Assembly (NCBI GenBank): GCA_964247055.1
Contig: OZ176055.1
Span: 2,480,001-2,544,000, forward strand
Length of the DNA stretch: 64,000 nucleotides
Direction of reading: 5' to 3'
From: Paragordius varius
Lineage: Eukaryota > Animalia > Nematomorpha
Shown here: in pieces, positions 37,307 to 51,300 of the stretch
How positions within the stretch are numbered: position 1 is the stretch's first letter
Layout of the letters: the number at the start of each line of letters is the position of its first letter
The notes under the pieces: generated by a model
What the model was told of the DNA's origin: nothing
The model's input: the letters and a program-made list of their open reading frames with translations, nothing else
The model's database searches: none
Made by a program: the position numbers and the translations under genes

Positions 37307-40300
37307 TTATTTTGCATCAAATTTTTGAAAAAAACTCCACAAATTATTTATAACATAGGCATTTTCATTATCCTTTTGTATTATGATGTCCGGCATATTA
37401 ACATTATCATAAAATGTAGAGCTATTTGTTCCTTTTGATAATATGAAGGGGAATGTGTGTGCAAATTTTTCTGTAACCTAATGCATTTTTAAAGTAAGAT
37501 AATTAAAAAAATGCCAACATTTATTAAATGACCTAATAAATTACTAAATACAGTGAATTAGGAAAATTATTAAAATATTTAAAGATTTATCCAAAAAATA
37601 CTGTCAATACCAATTTTTTCAATATTTTATTATATTAAAATATGCATTATATCAAATAAAATTATTCCTTTAAACCCGAAAAATTCATAATTGTGAAATT
37701 TCATTGATAAAAAAATATTTTAGATTAATACTAAAAAAAATATAAACCATAGCATAATATTCCATCCATTTTTCCGGTTGTTTAGAATCAAACATAATTG
37801 TATCCATACAAAGTTTGGCGTTGTGAAACCTTTCTAAATCCCATTTACTATTTAAAATAAATAAAAAGTTATTTAAAATATTACAAATCAAAAATAATTT
37901 AATTGAAAATAATTATCAAATTTTTAAAATGTTAAAATTAAAAAATAAAATTAAAAATAACTTTGGTCGTAAAAGGGTTAAGCATGAATCCAGTGCATAA
38001 AACATATGGTATAACATCCATCTAATGATTTCGTTTTGATTCCCATTATCTACAGTTGTTGTGGTGCTATTTATTAATTTTTTTAGGTGAGAAAATGTTT
38101 CACGCTCTAATACTTGGTAATAACATAAATTAGTCGAGTTTAAAGGAAATATACAGTGTTCAAATGGTGACACATTTAATAGGGAAAAATTTTGCAAAGC
38201 TTTTTGACAAACGTCATTGATAAGCGTTGTAAAATATTGCGATTGAATACGTTCCAATCTTGTAAGCATGGCATAAATGTCAAAATTTTGTTGAGCCTTT
38301 TTAGGTTGGGTGGTTATGGTGTTAAAGAAATCTAATATTCCTTGTTTTGATAACAAGGACTCCAAATCTATTAGATAATATGATAATTAATATACAATTT
38401 TTTGCAATAAAATCGTTTTTTAAAAAAATTAAAGAGAAAAGTTGTTTTTAAATGAAAAGATATGTCAAATGGGTAATTGCTCTGTAATTTTCTGGATATC
38501 ACTTTTAATTTTAATGAAATATGTTGTAATCTATGTATCATTATTTTATAATTATTATAAAAAGGGGATAATTTTCTTTTTTACAATTAAATTATGTACA
38601 TTAGATTAATATTTTCTTGAATTAAAAAGACAATGCTCTATTAACAAAAAAAGCTACAATTGTTACCTATAACATATTCACATTTTTTGAAAATAAATGA
38701 ACAGTTTATGATAAATATCTCTCACCTTTTTTACAAACTTCAGGTAAAAATGTTAAATCATATTGATTCACATTAGGTATAATTTTTTTGGATGATTCCG
38801 TAATATTTGATGGATTTAGTTTAGGATCACAACATACATGACATTTGCAAGTGAAATAATATGATTGCCGTAGAGATGTTTGACGCATAATATATGGGGC
38901 CAAATATTGCGTATAATTTATAAAGATCTATGAAATAAATGCAAAAAAAGAATAAAAAATAGAATAAGGTAGACGGGCGATACATCCTTATTTTACGGGT
39001 ATTAATAATTATTATTTGATTAACTCTAGAGGGTCATATGTTGACTTTTTCATGCATTTTTTTTTTCATCTCTAATCAATTCCTTCCAATTATATAATCA
39101 AAGAATCAATAATTCCATTAATATTTACGGGATGTCGCTTTTGGAAAACAATTAATTAAAGCAGCTCAGAGCTGATAAATTTGCAATGAAACAAAATTCA
39201 TTTTGTCTAAGAGTCCGTTTTTCAGTTTTAAAATGGATTATTCTATTGCTAATGGTTCTGAATCGGGTTGCATTTTTATTAAAAAAATTTATAATCCCTT
39301 GCCGCAAATATGTAAATATATAAGCAAAAACCATGTATACGCGTTCAAATCTAAAATAAACTTTTATTAATCAAATAAAGAAGAAATTAAAAAAAAATAC
39401 CAATATGCCGAACCCTGGAAAATATTAATATTCATCAATTTGAAAAATATAAACCTTTTGATCAATCTCTTGAGAATTATCATCTTTGCTAAGTTCAATG
39501 TTTGAATTGAGCGTTATTCGTAAGTAGGGCCCAACGAAATCCCCAATTGCATTTGGATCACACGAATGATTAAAATAGGAACCTCTTACATTGATACAAA
39601 AATAAGGATATAAACTGGCTAGCATAAATTGTATTTATTAAACACGTGTGAGTGATTAATTAAATTTTATAAAAAAATTATAAGAAATATTAAAAGAAAT
39701 ATTTGAGTATCCTTTTTTAACCGTTTAGTTTCCGGTAAAAATTCGCAAAAACGGTAAAAATATATTTTAATTTTTTAAAACAAATCTTATTTTATTATAT
39801 AAAATGATTTAAACAATAAAATTATCAGTAAATAAAAAAATGGAAGCGTACTTACAATTATTAAGCCAAAAAACAATGAATCCGGTACCAAATTATTTTT
39901 GCGAAAAATTCCTTTAATATGAAACCATAATAAAATTGATTAATTCTTGTAATAAGTGTATGGTAAATAAATATAATTTGTATCAATTTTTAACTTATGG
40001 CATAATTTAAGCATACTTGATGTATATACCAATAGCAATGGGCTGTAAATCTTTGTCTGATATAGTGTATGTATTAATTAGTATCTAAGTTTTAAAAAGA
40101 TTAATTTAATAATTTCTTAACTCAAGGGAAAATATTATAAGATATCGTTTGTCATTGATCAAAATTAATGCAGTTAATTAATATTTGAGAAATTTAAGTT
40201 TTATCTAAACCAGAATAAAACGGACTGTTAAGTTGTTAAATTATGTCAAAATATATTGATAAAAAATTAGTAAAATTTGATGTAATAATTAAATAAAATT

Positions 40301-40933
40301 TTATTTTTATAACCTTTCCGTACAAACTTGGGAGGATGGAAACATATTTTTTAAATATATTGTAGGGTAAAAGTTTGCGAACAGCCATAATGTATATATC
40401 CATACATTCCTTTGTTTTTCCTTTTATATCATGCAGATGATCCATTAAAGAATCCAAGGCCCGATTATTAAATTTTGGACATACTATTTCAAGTTCTGGT
40501 GCAATGTAAGCATTTTGATTAATTGTGTCATGCTTTTCCTATGGAGATTTTTATTGTTAAATAATTATATAAAATATTAACGTTTAATTCTTGTTGTAAT
40601 AAAAGTTTTAATAAAATTAATAACCAAATAGTAGATTATACGACAGATAAGATGTACAGGAGTCGGTATAAGGTATCGATATTGCAAATCTACTTTGATA
40701 AAATTTTTACATTCATGTTTATGATGATCGTTCCAGTCATTTGCCTATAGTTTATGAAGATTAAGTACTTGACACGCTTTAGAACAATAAGCTGTGGTAA
40801 GGCAAGAATTGCACTTAAAAACTTTTTTCCTCTCTAGACAGTAAACACAATGGGTTTTGTAACATTCTTTTTGTAACACGTAGGCAATTGGCTTTTCAAT
40901 TAATACAATTGTTCCAATTGGTAATTTTATCAT
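37307..40933 (-). CDS. SMYD-family SET and MYND domain lysine methyltransferase (exons 40933-40769, 40744-40625, 40538-40314, 40084-40017, 39584-39455, 38927-38726, 38367-~37963, ~37850-37750, 37477-37307)
   Basis: MYND CVYC..CNSC..YCSKACQ|ANDWNDHHKHEC; SET INTYTI..IAIGIY, YFNHSCDPN, IFINY; post-SET YYFTCKCHVC. Junctions are phase-consistent. Confidence 0.92.
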
Positions 40934-40994
40934 CTCATTACAGGCCTTTCGTAAATTTTATAAATTTAAAAATTCAAATTTCACCTTTTCAAGT

Positions 40995-41354
40995 ATGTTA
41001 CTACCAGAGCAAAAAGAGGTACTGGAATGTAAGGAAAATGAAAACAATTTATTTTATATCAATCTTAGAAAAACGATTGCACAAGCAAATGAAAGAATCG
41101 ATAATCTCACCAATATACAAAATTTGTCTATGAAATCCGTTCAAAATGCTACCCAACTATTAAATCGGGTTAAGGAGTTTATACCAAAGGTTAAACAAGC
41201 AAATATGGAATTAAATAATTCTAATTTGGATTCATCATTCGACATAATTGATATGAAAAATGAAACAAAAACTATTACTAAAGATATTAAAGAACCTTAC
41301 ATAAATATGGATTTATATTTTGAAGATGTAACCAGAACTACTGATGCCAAATAA
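40995..41354 (+). CDS. NOPCHAP1: NOP protein chaperone 1-like (C12orf45/DUF4598)
   Basis: Intronless 119-aa ORF. LLNRVKEFIPKVKQANMEL..SFDII..EPYINMDL matches the recalled family signature LL.RV..FLP.M..AN..L..FNIE..IEMD. Confidence 0.65.
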   Translation: MLLPEQKEVLECKENENNLFYINLRKTIAQANERIDNLTNIQNLSMKSVQNATQLLNRVKEFIPKVKQANMELNNSNLDSSFDIIDMKNETKTITKDIKEPYINMDLYFEDVTRTTDAK

Positions 41355-42309
41355 ATGAAAATATAAATTTATTTGATTGTTTTTTTTTGGTGATCATCAT
41401 CTTTTATCCTATTTAATTTGATTAGCGAAATATTACTTTTAAAATAACAACCACAAACTAATATTTATTTTGATTTTTTAAATATATTATCCCCGAAACT
41501 TTTTTCTGTATTTGTGTACTCTTTCATAAGTGATCCATCGATATATGTTGGCGTAATTGAGATTTAATGAAAAACAACGCTTTTATATCTTGTGCCAATA
41601 AGCAAAGGTTTTATCTTTTCTAAGCGTATATGTTAGCATGAGCAAAAATCGGCTTGGAAAAACATTACTCTCAAACAAGGACTTAAATGGCTCGCGGGCC
41701 GCATTTTGCACTCAAAAAACTGTAATATGCACATACAATATAACAATATTTTACTTATTGCTAATTGGACAGAAAAATATAGAAAAATTGTGTAAGAAAT
41801 ATCAATTTTACTAAGATTTTGTATGCATATTTGTGCAATTTTTTCACGGGCAGCACATAAAGTTTCGAAGGGCCGCGTACCGTACACCTTTGCTTTAAAA
41901 TTTATACGGGATAATACGAAGCTCTACAAAATATGTGTATCAAAGCATTTGATTTACCATATATCTATTAAATATGAACTTTTTTGGTTTTTAGGTCTTT
42001 AAATTTTTTTTATCTTTGGTCGAATTCGAGTTTAAACTATCTATCATATAAAATTATGATATAGCCTCTTTTTATATATACTTTGGAAGCGAATTCGACA
42101 AAACAAGCCTTTATTTCCTGAGAAAACCTCATAAACAGAACGATAAAATCAATGGTGTCGAAAACAGGCGTCCAAAAAATTCGCTTTACAGCAATTGCCA
42201 ATGAATGACTAAAAGTTTTAATAGATTAATAACCTAAATGCAAAATATATTATCTGACTATAAAATTAGAGGCATATGTTAAACAATTCTGAAAAAGCGC
42301 AATTTTCAA

Positions 42310-45300
42310 ATGTTTATTTCAGTAACATCGGGTACTGGAAGAAGAAAATTATTAGGTTTCTGCTCGCATAATTTTACCAGATATAAATAAAAATACTCAA
42401 AAGAATAATTTTGATGATAATTTTTCTTTCAATAATTGTCTTAATAAGGCATCCTATATTGATTTGTATAACAAACTTCAAAATATACCCAAAGTAAACT
42501 AATATAAACATTTAGGAGCCTTCAAATCTCAATAGTAAAATAAAATATGATTCAGATTTATGGGCAGAAAAATATAGAGCCTCAGTATATTTGGATTTGC
42601 TAAGTTTGGAGGTAATGATATATTATTTTAGCCATATTCATCAAAATTATAGAATATTAACCGAAACATATTGCAATGGTTTCAAGCTTGGAATGGAAAA
42701 ATTTGTAGTATCCCTAAACCCGATGATTTAAATCATAGTAGCTACAACAATGCCAATCATATTATCGATTGTTACAAAAGTTATAACTCTGATTCAAACG
42801 GCAAAAAGAAATATATTCCACATCATGCATTTTTTCGACACTTTTATACCAAAAACGATAACTTCCATATAGTATATTCCTTATTTTTACTTCTATTTTT
42901 ATAGGATTTCGATGATAATGGATTACCTCGTAATAAGGTAGATTATTTTTTAAATTGTTGCGTTATTATTTTATTTTGGGTATTTTAAATTTCTAACCAT
43001 AAAGCCTCCAGAATAAATCATCGCTTTTAAATTGATTTTATTAAATGTTTAATATAATGATACGTTTTCTGGTATTCGTCTAAGGTTTAGATTATATTAT
43101 TGTTTTAAAAGGTATTTTGGAAAAATGAATCATAAAACATTGAGTATATATGTATACACATTGCATAAATATTTATAGATTTTAGTGATTTTTAAATAAA
43201 ATTACATAATTCCCAAATCTAATTCAAGAAAGCCTATTTATAATTAACAATTACTGTTAAATTGAAACTATATAAACATAAAAATCGAGAAAAATGGTTT
43301 GGCGGCTAAAAATATAAAATGAATTTATTTTATATTTTATTTGCAAATATCGCACACAAAAGGAAACGCCATGCTATATATATTATGTTTAACACTATTA
43401 TCGGTTTATAAGAGATATTTAAATCGAAAATGATTCTATAGAAAGACGCCTTAAAAAATAATAAGTATTAGATAAAAATTATTAATCTAGTAAAAATGTT
43501 GTCTTTTGTTTTGATAAATGTTTCTTTTTTTGCTTCAAACGATGATGTGTATGACATTTTTTCTGCAGGTCATAATTATTTGGGGTCCGCCCGGGATGGG
43601 TAAAAGTACTTTAGCTCATATTGTAGCTAAACAAGCCGGTTTCACGCCAATCGAAATAAATGCCAGGTTTTATTGAATTATATTTAAACTATTTCTGAAA
43701 TTTTGTTGATAAGATAAATATCGTTTTTTTGTAATTATTTGAATCAACTTTGTTATTTTCAGCTAGATTTACTTTAAACTACATATTATATGTTTTGAAA
43801 TGGCAAAATATTTCGTTTTTTATTTCTAAAAATTTGTGGAAAAATTTTTCTTTTTTTCGTAAGGAATACGAGCTTTTTATATTTAAATAAATTTGCTTAT
43901 TTTCAGTAGATTTAGTTTACATATCATGTTATGTAATAGTTAGATATTTCGTTTTTTAGACATATGTCTCTTAAATAACCAGGTTTTATGAAATATATTT
44001 TATCTATTTCTAAAAATTTGTTGAAAAATTAAATTTCGTTTAAAGAATACGAGCTTTTTAAATGCAAATAAATTTGCTTATTTTCAGCTAGATTTAGTTT
44101 TAACTTTATATCATAGGTTTTGGAATATCAAAATTAATAATATTTTGTTTTTTTATTTATGTGTCCTAAATAAAATTATTTTTTCGAAAAAAATTTAACT
44201 ATAATAGTTAAAATAATAGATCCCCTAAAAATCCTAATAATTCTCGTAAAATATATATATATATATCCTTCTGTATAATTTATTTTTTTTTCTTTAACTC
44301 CTACTTATAAAGTATTACGGAATCATTTTAATATATTAGACGCTAATTTTAAAGATTTGTTTGAATTTAATTTAGCGAGGAACGAAATGATGATAGTTTT
44401 AAAACTGTAATCCGTGATACCTTGGCAACGCACACAATTGAATCATTGAGCCAATTATCACTCAAGCCTAAATGTCTTATCCTAGATGAAATTGATGGGG
44501 CTTGTATTGTAATTTTTTTAAAAATGTTTTTTTTCAATTTTTTACACCTTTTTTTGGCAATTTATGACTTTATAGCTGTAAAACTAAAATATTGTGCACA
44601 TAACTCTTACTTTGAATAAGTAGATAGAGAAAAAATTGTAGATTGTGTTTATCGTTTTCGTTAAATTAAACACTCCAATTAAAGCAATCAACTAATTAAA
44701 CCTTGCTTTTGTTATAAAAATTTCATCTATCAAATTCATTGATTATAGGGCAAATTATCGCGTTCTTAACTGTTGTATATATCTTTTTTGAGCTAAAAAT
44801 AGTTTTTTAGTGTCTAACTACCTCAATCAATCATAAATACGAATCGTTTCAATCGAATGAGAAAACTTTTTTTAAAACTAAACGAAAGCATATATAAACC
44901 ATCCGATACTATAATATGAATCATATCAAACTTTTTTTATTTTTCATTTTATCTAATCATTATGACTTAATTGATATTATTTGCGTGAATCACGCCTAGA
45001 TCTACCCCTTATCTCAATCATATTTTCTGGGATTGGTGCTTGAAGGGTTTGTGGTTGTCCTGGTGTTTTTTCAAAATTATTTTTTACACCATTTTTCGTC
45101 TCCGTCGATATCATAACCGATTTTTTTCTACAATTATTCTCAGTATCTTTATTACTTTTCGGTTGTTCATTACCATTAGTTGTTTTTATAGTATCTTTGC
45201 GTTTTGTTTCAACAACCTTAGCTGCTGTAGTAGCTGTAATAGAAGTATCTATAATGTCAAACATTCGCTTAGGTTTTTGTCCTCGCCTCATATCATTGTA

Positions 45301-48300
45301 ATCTTGAAGGACGCAATTCCGCTTTACCTTAACGTTATCAGCCATTTTTTGTAGCGCTCGTGTCTGAATGCGTATCTGATCAGCTATTTGAGCACAATTT
45401 CGTGCAATGTAATGTACGTTGGTGAGCACTTCCTCACTAATGACTGACTCTTTTTGCATGATACCAAATTTGGGGTAATGGTTACTTGCATTCAAAGTAT
45501 TATTACTATATACACCTTACAGTCAAGGCATTATAAAAAATAAGAATAAGGATAAAGTTAAGTTTGATCGCTTTCAGAAATAATACTAACGTGACATTTT
45601 TATGATTTACCCATGATATGTATAGAAACATTATATATATATACCATTTACAGTTCGAATTCACCCTTGAACAATTCAAATTTAACTTTAAACAATTCAA
45701 AATCACCCTCTCATCCCAAAAAATTATGTGTTCTTATGAGTTATATTAGCCCGAAAACACATAATTATTTTTAGGGTGAATTCGAATCGTTCAAGGGTGA
45801 ATTTGAATGGTAAATGGTACATATGAAATGGCATTATAAAAATTAGTAATGCTAAATATATCTAAAGTAGAATAATAGGATTGGGGACGATCATGAGGGA
45901 GCCATTTTTATTTCATTAAAAATTGAAAATTTTTATGTTTTGTACTTGTAATATTTTATGAAAATAAGAGAAAAGTGGTGATACAGGGGATATATTCCCT
46001 ATAAAGTTTATTAAAGCTGCTATAAATTGATATTATAAAACGCTTAAGTATAAATAAAATTAGTTTTTGCAACATTCAGTAAATATTGAAATTATACGGA
46101 CAAAACGTGAAATTGTAAAGACAAATATTTTTTTCTAAAAGACAACCAAAACTTTAAATAATTAAATATAACTCCTTGTTTGTAACTGCAAAGTATAATA
46201 TAGAGATGTAGATTGGTAAAACAATCAATTATATATTTTACAAATTCATTTAAATGATTTTTATACGATAAATTAACGTTTAAAAAAGTATAGTTGTCTT
46301 TTGAAAAATAATTTACTTTATATTTTTACTCTTGTCCGCACATTCAGTTTTTACTGTATTATATTTGCATTTATGACACTTATTGATTGGATTATAGCCT
46401 TAAAATACTGCATTCATAAACGGTTAGACCCTTATATATTAGTAAAAATAAAATGCTAATTTTTAAAATTATTATTTTTACCCATTAGGAGTGTGAAATT
46501 TAGGTATGTTTTTCTTCGAATACGCAAAAAATGGTTATCAATATTATTACTCTACTCCATAAAAAGGAGTGATTTTTTATTATCTTTGCTAATAATCAAC
46601 TCAATTATCTCATTCAGTATGCTTTCATACTATAGTTGGGCAATTTGCAACACAGTAACGTTTGGAAAAACAACAAAATGTGTTAAATAAACTAGTTTTT
46701 CTTTTCTTTTTTCCATACACTACTGTGTTGCTAATCCCAGGAACCGTAATATTAAATCATTAAAATGCATACTGGATATCAGTTTATAAATGAATCTTAC
46801 CAGCATAAGATTTATATAGGACATCTTTGCTAGATTGGCCCTCACACCCCCCAACCCTCTTAATATGGAATCTTGCTGGTTCAATTCTCCTATTATTAAC
46901 ATTATTTGTTTTAATATTATTATTATTATTATTGCTAATATGCCGACATGGGAATTGATTGAATTGAGCATTAAAATATGCTGCTGGATTTACATATGTC
47001 TTATTTTGATTTGTTGCAAAGTTTATTGGATAATTAACAGGATTTTGTGGTGGCTGGTTTTGCTTTTGAGATTGAATGCTGTGAAAATTATTGGGATTTG
47101 GCATTTGATTGTTATGATTTGGACATCTATTATTATTATTCATGTTTGCATTATTGATTAAGGGTGGATAAAAATTGGGCAGATTTATTACAGGTAAGTT
47201 TGTAGCTGTCCCATAACTTGCAACATTCATATTTGATGGTGGAAAAAATGGACGATGATTATTTTCAAACATTTTATTATGTTATATATGTTGATTAAAA
47301 ACTTTGATGATTGTTGAATAAATTAAAATTATTTGATTTAAAAAAAACTTGTTATAATAGCTTACTATTTTCGATATGATTGTTGAAAAATGGTATGAAA
47401 AAATGTACTTTTAATATCTGAATAACTAAATTATTAGATTAAAATTTAAGAGCAAATTTTTTCGTACCATTAAGAAATATAACAAAAATCTGTAATTTTG
47501 ATTTTTATATTAAACTATCAATAGGTTTTAATGTTTGATTTATAAACTAGCCAGACTAACGTAGAATTTTTTTGCAATATATAATTTATAATTTTATAGA
47601 AAAATTTAAAGGTCATAATTATATAGTAGGTATGGCCCGGACTCTTACATTATGCCGAGTTCCAGATATCAACTACGCAATTTTTCCATATCATCACTGT
47701 CAATTAGCCCTGGGCACTCAGGCGAATGTTAAAGCATTCACAAGTCCAAATACAAGTCGGACTTACCCTTTAATCGAAAAAGGGAAAAACGACGTTATAA
47801 TCTTTTTTTATACTATGTTTTATTCATAAATTATTAGTCCGCCATCAATTATTTGGTTCGATTGATACTTAAATCTTCTAGAGCCAAAAATCACGGTGAG
47901 AATATAGACCCTAATTCCATGGATTATGAGGAAAGTCAGATGGAAAAGGGTAGCCATAAAACAAAATCAAAGCCATTCAAAGAGCATAAAAATAAACCTA
48001 AGAAAAAAGATTCATTAGATAGCGTTTTAGCTAAAAGACCCATTATATGTTTAGCAAATGACATGTAAATACCTTTATATTATTTAACATAAAAATTAAA
48101 ATAGAATACCTTTTTTTTCTAAATATCCGTTGTGGTTATGAAATACTTAATTAAAAGTTTTTAAAAGAAATAAGGATCAGTAAAATATAATTTGTTTTAA
48201 TGATAAAGTTAATAGTTTTATATTCTTAGTAACTATATATACATATCTCGTTTTCTGATTAAAAGAGCCAAAAAATATTTTCAAAATTTTTAAACACTCC

Positions 48301-51300
48301 TTTTGGTTTTAGTTATACGCCTGTGTTGAAAGAATTACGTGCCAGAAGTTTGTGTATCCATGTTAATGGGCCAGCCGAACATAGATTAAGGCAAAGGCTT
48401 TTAATGGTAGATATTAATTTTTTTAAAAAAATTAAAAATTATAATAATCAGTATTTCCAAAATAATAAGTTTTTGAGAAAATTTATAAACAAAATGATTT
48501 ATATCGTAAATTTTTGGTAACGTTAGGGCCTTTTTTCTAAAGGGGATATGTGAAAATTATATAATGGATAGTTTAACAAATAATTTACACGTTTTTGCCC
48601 TTTTTAAATAAATAAATTATGATTTTTAATTTAACGCTCTTAGATTTCCGAAATGCAGGAAATGGATAAATCTTTTGCAAATGAAAAATATATTAATCTG
48701 ATTTGCAACATGTTTGATAATGATATCCGTTCTTGTATTAATTTCCTACAGGTATAAAAATATTTTTTAAAGAAAAATTTGTTTTTGAAAAAATTTTTTT
48801 ACATGAAATAAACTATTATTTCAGTTATGTGTGAGAGTGTTTTCAAACAAGATACAATTAAAGGGTTTATTTAATTATACAAATTTTCTTTATACATATA
48901 AAATTAAAATATATATATATATATATTTTTGTTTTTATATTAAATACATCAGAATTCAAGGTTATAAATTTCTATATATATATATATATATATATTAGTT
49001 TGAGGGCAATACTTTGGATGAATACAATGACAATATATTCGATATTAGCCAATCACTTAAAGATAAAACTTTTAATATTAATGAACTGTTGAAGACAGTT
49101 TATGCCGATAATTGCGAATCTGAGTATTTATAATAAACTATCTATTTTTTCCCTATTTTCTTACTTTAATAGTTAAATTAATATTTTTATTAAATGATGG
49201 ATTTAATTTTTGAGTTTTGGTTTTAATTGATTTTTATTATCAAAAAATCTTTTTATATGAACATACAATAAAAATTGAATATATACGGACAAAACGTAAA
49301 AATATAAAGACAAATATTGTTTCCTAAAAAATAACCATAATTTTACGTAAACTATAACAATTATATGATATAATTTAGTCACATTGCTATTTCCATATTG
49401 TAATCCGAATCCATAAATAACTTAAATTAAATTTTAAAATGTATGGTTGTGTTTTAGAAAAAAATGTTTTTTTATATTTTTACGTTTTGTCCATATAATT
49501 TTAATTTTTACTCGAATATATGTTTTATCATTTTCTTCCCACAATACAAAATTCATCAAATTGTCAATTAATTTTAAAGTTTTGATGGTTAATTTACCGG
49601 TTAAAAAAATATTTTTTTATTGTGGTCTTAGATTTTGCAACCAACAGTTACATAATAATGCAGCCGGCGAAAATATCGATAAAATTGAGTCCGCATTGTT
49701 TCAAACATATTTGTCCCATCTAATGCAATTGGGGAATAATCCGAAAAAAGTATCGCTTGTGGTTAACACACCCAAAAATCTTTTGAAAAAGGTTTGAAAA
49801 TGAAAAAAAATATTTTATAATATATCAATAATGCTACAATAAAAATTTTATTTTTACAAATCTCAGCTAAGATGAGTTATTTTTTTACCTTTTTCAACTT
49901 AGTAGTTTATTATATGATTATTATTATTTTTAAAATAAAAAACTTTTTTGGAATTAAATTAAAAGATCGGAGGCATAAAAAATTATTTTTTTTGGAAATT
50001 TATGGTAGTTAATTTATTAAAAGACAAATCTGTAAAATTGAGCACACATTATAACACGTTAAAATAAATTTAATTTAGTTTTTATTTGAACTTAATATAG
50101 CTCTATTATATAGTAGAGTATAGCATGCAAATTTTCTTTCAGGTTAGATTTAAAAATAGCATTACTTTTTTAAACGAAACGAAATCTTATTCAATAACCG
50201 AACCAATACCGTTTTTAGTTTTCCAGTTTTTTTAATTTTTATACTATTTATTAAAAGGTATTATAATGCTTAAATTTGAAGAAAAATCTAAATAATAAAT
50301 GATATATTAAAATAATAATTTGAATTTTTGTAAAATTTATTAAGTTTTAGTTATATATTATTATTATTTTCTTTTGTTTTAGTTAATCCATTGAAAAACA
50401 TACTACCATGTATTGAAAATTTTGGATATAGTTTAATTTAATAAATTAAACTTATTTAAATAAAATATTCGTTTTCGTTGACAATATTCATAAGTTATAT
50501 ATGCCACTATTATATTGGAAATTTTATTCGGGTTTAAACGATAAATTTTTTTGAATAAAAATTTGAAATTTATTTTAATGACGCCTCTGGTTCAATATGT
50601 TTAACAATTTAAAAAATGGTATAAGGCGTGATAACAGATAAGGCGCTAGATTTTACATTGTTTTAATGGTTCGCTTAGAGTTTGAATATACTAAAAATGC
50701 ACAATTGTTCCATATTATTAACGATGAAAGTTTGTGCTCAATTCTACCGAACAAAAAAATTTGGCGCGCTGAAAGCTTGAGAGAAATTTTTTTATTTTTC
50801 CCATATCTCAAAAAAGAAAAAGTCCAGCTTTGTAGGATATTTATCCTTTCTTATAAATTTTGAAAGGATTAAGGTAAGGAATTTCTTATATCAGTATTAA
50901 AAAGCTAATACACTAAAACTATTTAATATCAATTTATTTCTGTAATATCTGTAGTCTCTTATGATATCCAATTATTTTGCCACGCATCAAGATTCGATGG
51001 CCACCTATGTTAAAAGGCAGCAAAATTATGCACTATACCCTTATCTTACGTTTTTACCATCGGCAATTTCCACCATAATAAATGCCGAAAATTATAAAAT
51101 GCATTCGAAAAAATCCGGAAAAATTGCTAAAAACCCAAATACGCAAGATTCGCAAAATGATATTTTGGACAATCAAAACATGAATAATATAAATGATTAT
51201 GAAATTAATGACAAAAAAGCATTGATAAATGAAATTAAATCCACCAATTTCTATCTAAAATGTGAAGATCAAAATTTAAACTCAACCAGTGTTTTAAGGT

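Noticed and set aside
39400-39414. 14-nt micro-exon candidate in SMYD
   Set aside because: Flanking exons already join in frame and give the expected SET motif without it.
45040-47161. Plus-strand ORFs 45040-45354 and 46835-47161
   Set aside because: Hydrophobic antisense shadows of the Asn/Lys/Thr-rich minus-strand exons.
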